Positions 60,191 to 64,000 of a DNA stretch of 64,000 nucleotides are shown here, piece after piece. This DNA comes from Candidatus Woesearchaeota archaeon. GTDB lineage: Archaea; Nanobdellota; Nanobdellia; Woesearchaeales; DSVV01. Below the pieces are notes generated by a model. It worked only from the letters and a program-made list of their open reading frames with translations. It was not told the origin of the DNA and made no database searches. Each line of letters begins with the position of its first letter. Position 1 is the stretch's first letter. The translations under genes were made by a program, and so were the position numbers. Location: positions 4,479 to 68,478 of the forward strand of contig JAWABL010000004.1 of NCBI GenBank assembly GCA_038884615.1. The letters are read 5' to 3'.

Positions 60191-60421
60191 ATGGAGACAA
60201 GACCATTAGATGCTCTTAATCAGTCAAGAAACAAAAGAGTAATTGTTGAGCTAAAGAACAATAAGCAGTATGTAGGTCTTCTGAAAGCTTTTGATATACA
60301 TATAAATATAGTACTAGAAGATGCAGAAGAGAGAATTGATGGAGAGGTCAAGAGAAAGTTGGGCACTGTTTTTGTAAGAGGAGACACAATAACAATAATA
60401 TCGGCTTCAAAGCAAGCGTGA
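60191..60421 (+). CDS. Sm-like archaeal protein (SmAP/Lsm)
   Basis: RPLDALNQSRNKRVIVELKNNKQYVGLLKAFDIHINIVLEDAEE contains the Sm1 and Sm2 motifs. GGAGGT SD is 8 nt upstream of the ATG at 60191. The track's upstream ATG lies inside that SD. Confidence 0.85.
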   Translation: METRPLDALNQSRNKRVIVELKNNKQYVGLLKAFDIHINIVLEDAEERIDGEVKRKLGTVFVRGDTITIISASKQA

Positions 60422-60509
60422 TAGTAGTATTATATTTTAAACAATCTCTAATAATATAATAAATATAAAGCATATCAAACATAATATCAAGCTTTAATAG
60501 TGAATTAAA

Positions 60510-60677
60510 ATGTCAAAAGGAACAGCAAGTCATGGCAAGAAATCTGGTAAAAAGACACATATACCTTGTAGGCGTTGTGGTAATTATTCTTATCATATAA
60601 GAAAAAAGGTTTGTTCAAGCTGTGGTTTTGGTAAATCAAAACGCAAAAGAAGCTATGCATGGCAGAAAAAGGGTTAA
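60510..60677 (+). CDS. rpl37e: Ribosomal protein L37e
   Basis: Hand-translated as [55 protein letters not shown], which is the L37e C4 zinc ribbon. It occupies the typical Sm-L37e gene pair. It is below the ORF-track size cutoff. Confidence 0.85.
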   Translation: MSKGTASHGKKSGKKTHIPCRRCGNYSYHIRKKVCSSCGFGKSKRKRSYAWQKKG

Positions 60678-60686
60678 TTTTTTGAT
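60676..60686 (+). terminator. Oligo-T tract (TTAATTTTTTG) after rpl37e, an archaeal-type terminator candidate
   Basis: A run of 6 T immediately follows the stop codon. Archaeal RNAP terminates at oligo-T. Confidence 0.3.
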
Positions 60687-60849
60687 ATATCTCTTTTAGG
60701 GGATCCTGAACCTAGAAAATAAACCACTATAAATAAACAGAATAATAACTATAAACCAATATAAATATATACTACCATCTAACCTGTACATAAAATATAG
60801 GTGCATAAAATCTAATATGTTGTATTTAATTAAATGTATTTAATTAAAT

Positions 60850-61051
60850 GCGGGGATGCCGGAGTGGCCAAACGGGATAGGCTTAGGACCTATTGGCTTA
60901 GTGCCTGCAGGGGTTCGAAAAACAGAATACCAAATGAAACAGAAAATGCGCGTTTTATCCATCATGGTTTTAAATAGTTTTATTTGATTAAAAAGTGGTT
61001 AAATAAAGACAATTTATTTTTGGTGTTCTGGCGGAAGTCCTCTTCCCCGCA
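60850..61051 (+). tRNA. tRNA-Leu(TAG) interrupted by an intron of about 118 nt in the T-loop (position 59/60)
   Basis: Acceptor 5' GCGGGGA (60850-56) pairs with 3' TCCCCGC (61044-50), followed by discriminator A. The D-arm is GCCGGAGTGGCCAAACGGG. The anticodon stem-loop is ATAGG-CTTAGGA-CCTAT, with anticodon TAG. The variable arm is GGCTTAGTGCC (class II). T-stem AGGGG and T-loop TTCGAA are separated from the final loop nt T and the 3' T-stem CCTCT by about 118 nt. No CCA is encoded. Confidence 0.7.
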
Positions 61052-61381
61052 TATTTAATTTTTTAATAAAAAAATTTGCTGTTAGCAAAGCATTTTTAAT
61101 GCAAAGACATGCCATCGGATTTTATTTATCAGTACTTTGAATTCATGCCCTATTATTCTTATGACCTATATAATAGAATACTTATAAAAAAATACTTTAT
61201 AAAAACACTATAGATATATATACAAGCTCTTTTTTATATCATAAATTTATATCATAAAAATAATATGGCAAACAGGGCAAACACCGTAAGACCTTTGCCC
61301 TTTGTTTTTAATAGAATTTTATATAAAGAAGCTTTTTGCTACAAATTTTTAAGGTTTTTATAAAACCTGTAAAACATTTTT

Positions 61382-61545
61382 GCGGGGGTGCCGGAGTGGC
61401 CAAACGGGCACGATTCAGGCACTTGCCTGCCTGACATAGGCAGATTGAAACGTCGTGTGGCTCAGTGCCTACAGGGGTTCAAATAGCGAATTACAAAAAA
61501 TAGAAAACCATTTACGGAATTCGCTTGGGAGTCCTCTCCCCCGCA
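61382..61545 (+). tRNA. tRNA-Leu(CAG) with two introns (about 32 nt at canonical 37/38; about 48 nt in the T-loop at 59/60)
   Basis: Acceptor GCGGGGG pairs with CCCCCGC plus A73. The D-arm is identical to the neighbouring tRNA. The anticodon stem CACGA pairs with TCGTG across a 32-nt insert placed after the loop TTCAGG (anticodon CAG). The variable arm is GGCTCAGTGCC. T-stem AGGGG and loop TTCAAA are followed by a 48-nt insert containing the perfect 8-bp inverted repeat AGCGAATT...AATTCGCT, then T CCTCT. Confidence 0.7.
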
Positions 61546-61725
61546 TTAATTTATTTCTTTAACTACTTATAACTACTTATATAATTATAGGGTCATTTAT
61601 AGATATCATATAATAAACCCTCCATATTATTAATTCCCTATTTTATTATTGTGTTTATTGTGTTATACATATCATCATGTTATACACTATTTTATACTAT
61701 TTTATGTTATTATACTCTATATTAT

Positions 61726-61889
61726 GGCACCGTTCAAAAAGTGTGTTAGCATCCACCGTGTATGCACATTCAGGAACCATATATGGGTTTGAAGTGAGTT
61801 GTTCCATATGAAGAACCAGATATTTTCATTTAAACGGAAAAGTGCCAACATGATGTTAAACCGACCGAAAACGAGATTTTGAATGCAGC
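61726..61889 (-). repeat. MITE-like repeat element, copy 4 (reverse orientation)
   Basis: It has the same family sequence as 59895-60059, with a few substitutions. It lies downstream of the second tRNA-Leu. Confidence 0.8.
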
Positions 61890-62355
61890 TCTAATATATA
61901 TTATATAATATATATTATATTAATAGTATCTAATAGTACGCTGATGTAATAGTACATTATATACACGTTATATACTAATTAAATCATTAGTATTAATTCT
62001 TTAAGTAGTAAGTTGAGTGTTTTATTCTCTATGTGGGTGTTATTTTGTCATTTTGTTTTTGCTTTTAATTTAACTATTTTTAATCTTATAACAAAATAAA
62101 AATAGAATTAATACCTTGTGACTACTTACTATTTGATATCTATTTACAAGTGATAACAGCCTCTTTTGTAGTTTAATAGTATTATTAAGCCTTAATAAGG
62201 CTCTTTGCCTATTTTATAGTTTTATTAATCACGAAAAATTTATAAAGCAGGGTTCATAAACAAACAACTTAATAGCTGTCATAGTGTTTGTTATAGCTCT
62301 TTTGTTTGGGGCGTAACATTTAAAAACAAAGGTAGAATACGGCTATAATGATGGC

Positions 62356-62374
62356 TTTAAAAAACATGGAGGTG
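62356..62374 (+). promoter_or_regulatory. TATA-like element (TTTAAAAA) plus a strong Shine-Dalgarno sequence (GGAGGTG, 62368-62374) upstream of the S-layer gene
   Basis: GGAGGTG lies 6 nt before the ATG at 62381. An AT-rich box lies immediately upstream. The placement of the TATA box relative to the TSS is not established. Confidence 0.3.
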
Positions 62375-62380
62375 TGATAG

Positions 62381-64000
62381 ATGAAGGTTAGGAAAGCAAT
62401 TAAAAAAATTGCTGCACTCAGCCTTGGTGCCTCAATGATGGGCGCGACAATGATGGGTGCATTGGCTGCCGACCTATCGGAATACCCGGGGATGTTTATT
62501 AAGAACGGCGAATTCCAGGGTGTTATCGTTGTTGGTAAGGAGGCGCTGTCAACAGACACCATCGGCATGACCAATATTGCGCTGGGTTTGCAGGGAGCTG
62601 CAAAAACATGTACGCAAGTGTGCACTGGTGGCGGAGCAGTGCCTGTCTCAGTTGATGACGGCGTTGAACTTGGAGACAAAAACCTCTTCTATGGTTCAGC
62701 TATTACAGCAGACCAGTCTCTGCTTGACGCAAACGACTTGGACATTCTTGCAGATGGAACATACGAGGATAGTGAAGGCAACAATGAAAATGATGAAGAC
62801 TATGAGCAAAGTTTGACAATAGGAGGGAATATTTTTAGCTATTACCAAGATGACCACCTCCTTCCAGAAGCTGCACCGGCTGTAAAGCTCGCAGAAGAGA
62901 CAGTAATGTACAACTATACACTTGAATTTGACAATGCCATTGACCATGATGGCACAAGCAGCGACCTGACAGGTACCACCATTATGATACAGGGAAGAGA
63001 ATATACAATAACAAAGGCAGGTTTCAGTAGTAACATCTTAACAAAATTAACTCTTCAGTCAGGAGAAAGTTCCCTCTGGCTTACCAAGGGTGACGAGCCG
63101 CTGGAAAAAACAATCAATGGAAAGAACCATCAGATTGAGGTTACAGGCGTCAATATAAACGAGAACAAGTGTGGCCTAAAAGTTGATGGTGTTTCAGCAA
63201 CAGTAAACGAAGGCTCTACAAAGAGTATCGGCGGAATAGACATTGGGGTTCTTGATGTTGTTGCAATGCATACAGCAGGCGGACAGTTGACTTCGCCAGA
63301 CATGTGTAAAATAACCATCGGCAGCGATGAGATAGTACTTGAAGACGGTCAAGAAGTTATTGTAAATGGAAAAACATTGTCAGGTATAAATGTTGGCAGG
63401 GCAAATGTAGAAATAACTGGAACTGCATATAAATGGGATGGGTTTACAATTGACTTCAAGCCTGATGACGATGTATATTTGGCTGAAGGAGACTCTTATA
63501 TAGACCCTGTGTTTAACAACTTTAAGATATACTTTGCCAACCTGGTGACAGGCAGTGCTGACAAGATAGTGTTTAAGTCTTCAGGAAGCACAGCAAAAGT
63601 AACAATACCCAACTCAGATGGCAAAGAGCTTGAATTTGACTTGAAACAAAGCGGAACAAACATTATTTTGGGTGACGGCACAGACATTGATGACAAAATC
63701 TACCTTGAAGGCGAGACCTGTTCATTTACAGGTACAGACATAACTCAGTGTGAAGGCGCAAGGTTCTTGTTCGTAAAGAACAATGAAGAAGCACACATCC
63801 TTGAAATAACAGACTTTGATGCAAACAACGGAGAAGTAAGTCTTAAGGACCTGACCTATGGAAAAACATTGGCAGACAGGGATGCGACATTTGCACCAAA
63901 TCTGACAACAGTTGCCTTAGGTTCTGGCTATGGTGACATAGTCTTTAAAACAAGAATCGATAATGGGACATGCGACTTTACCAACTGTACAACTTTAGTG
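62381..64000 (+). CDS. S-layer protein (Methanococcales/Thermococcales-type N-terminal S-layer domain); partial, continues beyond the window end
   Basis: A signal peptide MKVRKAIKKIAALSLGASMMGATMMGALA is followed by ADLSEYPGMFIKNGEFQGVIVVGKEALSTDTIGMTNIALGLQ. This matches the conserved N-terminal S-layer domain motif (DLsdyP.pFv.dG..d..iVVG..Aa..Dv.ga.diA..L). The frame stays open to position 64000. Confidence 0.75.
   Translation, partial: MKVRKAIKKIAALSLGASMMGATMMGALAADLSEYPGMFIKNGEFQGVIVVGKEALSTDTIGMTNIALGLQGAAKTCTQVCTGGGAVPVSVDDGVELGDKNLFYGSAITADQSLLDANDLDILADGTYEDSEGNNENDEDYEQSLTIGGNIFSYYQDDHLLPEAAPAVKLAEETVMYNYTLEFDNAIDHDGTSSDLTGTTIMIQGREYTITKAGFSSNILTKLTLQSGESSLWLTKGDEPLEKTINGKNHQIEVTGVNINENKCGLKVDGVSATVNEGSTKSIGGIDIGVLDVVAMHTAGGQLTSPDMCKITIGSDEIVLEDGQEVIVNGKTLSGINVGRANVEITGTAYKWDGFTIDFKPDDDVYLAEGDSYIDPVFNNFKIYFANLVTGSADKIVFKSSGSTAKVTIPNSDGKELEFDLKQSGTNIILGDGTDIDDKIYLEGETCSFTGTDITQCEGARFLFVKNNEEAHILEITDFDANNGEVSLKDLTYGKTLADRDATFAPNLTTVALGSGYGDIVFKTRIDNGTCDFTNCTTLV

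Noticed and set aside
60850-61545. Interpretation of the separated tRNA halves as split (trans-encoded) or permuted tRNA genes
   Set aside because: The 5' and 3' portions are colinear, on the same strand and within 200 nt. They have uninterrupted D, anticodon and variable arms. Cis introns in the T-loop and anticodon loop are the more parsimonious reading.
1-64000. rRNA genes, CRISPR arrays, integrase or transposase ORFs
   Set aside because: None were seen. There are no long conserved rRNA-like stretches and no regularly spaced repeats. No ORF has DDE, serine or tyrosine recombinase motifs. The MITE-like elements appear non-autonomous.

Overview
This 64-kb window comes from a low-GC archaeal genome. 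The archaeal hallmarks are an HMf-type histone, ribosomal proteins S17e and L37e, an Sm protein, proteasome alpha, a block of SBDS (a ribosome-maturation factor family) with exosome subunits Rrp4, Rrp41 and Rrp42 next to an RNase P Pop5-like gene, a class-I CCA-adding enzyme, a TYW1-like radical SAM enzyme and a Methanococcales-type S-layer protein. These sit beside many bacterial-type genes (RsmI, ThyA, DHFR, HPF-like, LemA/HtpX, class II FBA). That mix and the dense packing with overlapping genes suggest a small-genome lineage, possibly DPANN-like, but this is inference only.

The most notable content is as follows.
1. An accessory locus of about 15 kb on the minus strand (9151-24414) encodes a type IV pilus/Tad-like system. 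It has a FlaI/VirB11-family ATPase and two separate single-domain T2SSF membrane proteins, both cytoplasmic parts carrying long lysine-rich disordered N-termini. It also has an HTH plus coiled-coil protein, at least six proteins with class-III (prepilin-like) signal peptides, a 1635-aa pilin-like giant VWA/LamG adhesin full of N-glycosylation sequons, and a Cys-rich pilin with MopE-like DDDCDGxxDE motifs.
2. A previously unrecognised repeat family of about 165 bp occurs in four copies. Each has imperfect terminal inverted repeats, which makes it MITE-like. Two direct copies bracket the pilus core and two bracket the Sm-L37e-tRNA block. One copy has a 12-bp flanking duplication.
3. Two tRNA-Leu genes are interrupted by introns, including one of about 118 nt at the non-canonical T-loop position 59/60 and a double-intron tRNA.
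4. A dTTP-synthesis neighbourhood (dUTPase, dTMP-kinase-like, ThyA, DHFR, P-loop kinase) contains a 456-aa fusion of an unknown N-domain with a compact ThyA-like domain.

The ORF track clearly uses ATG, GTG and TTG as starts, and it picks the most upstream one. Several starts were therefore moved to downstream ATGs that are preceded by GGTGA/GGAGG ribosome-binding sites. No rRNA or CRISPR was found.
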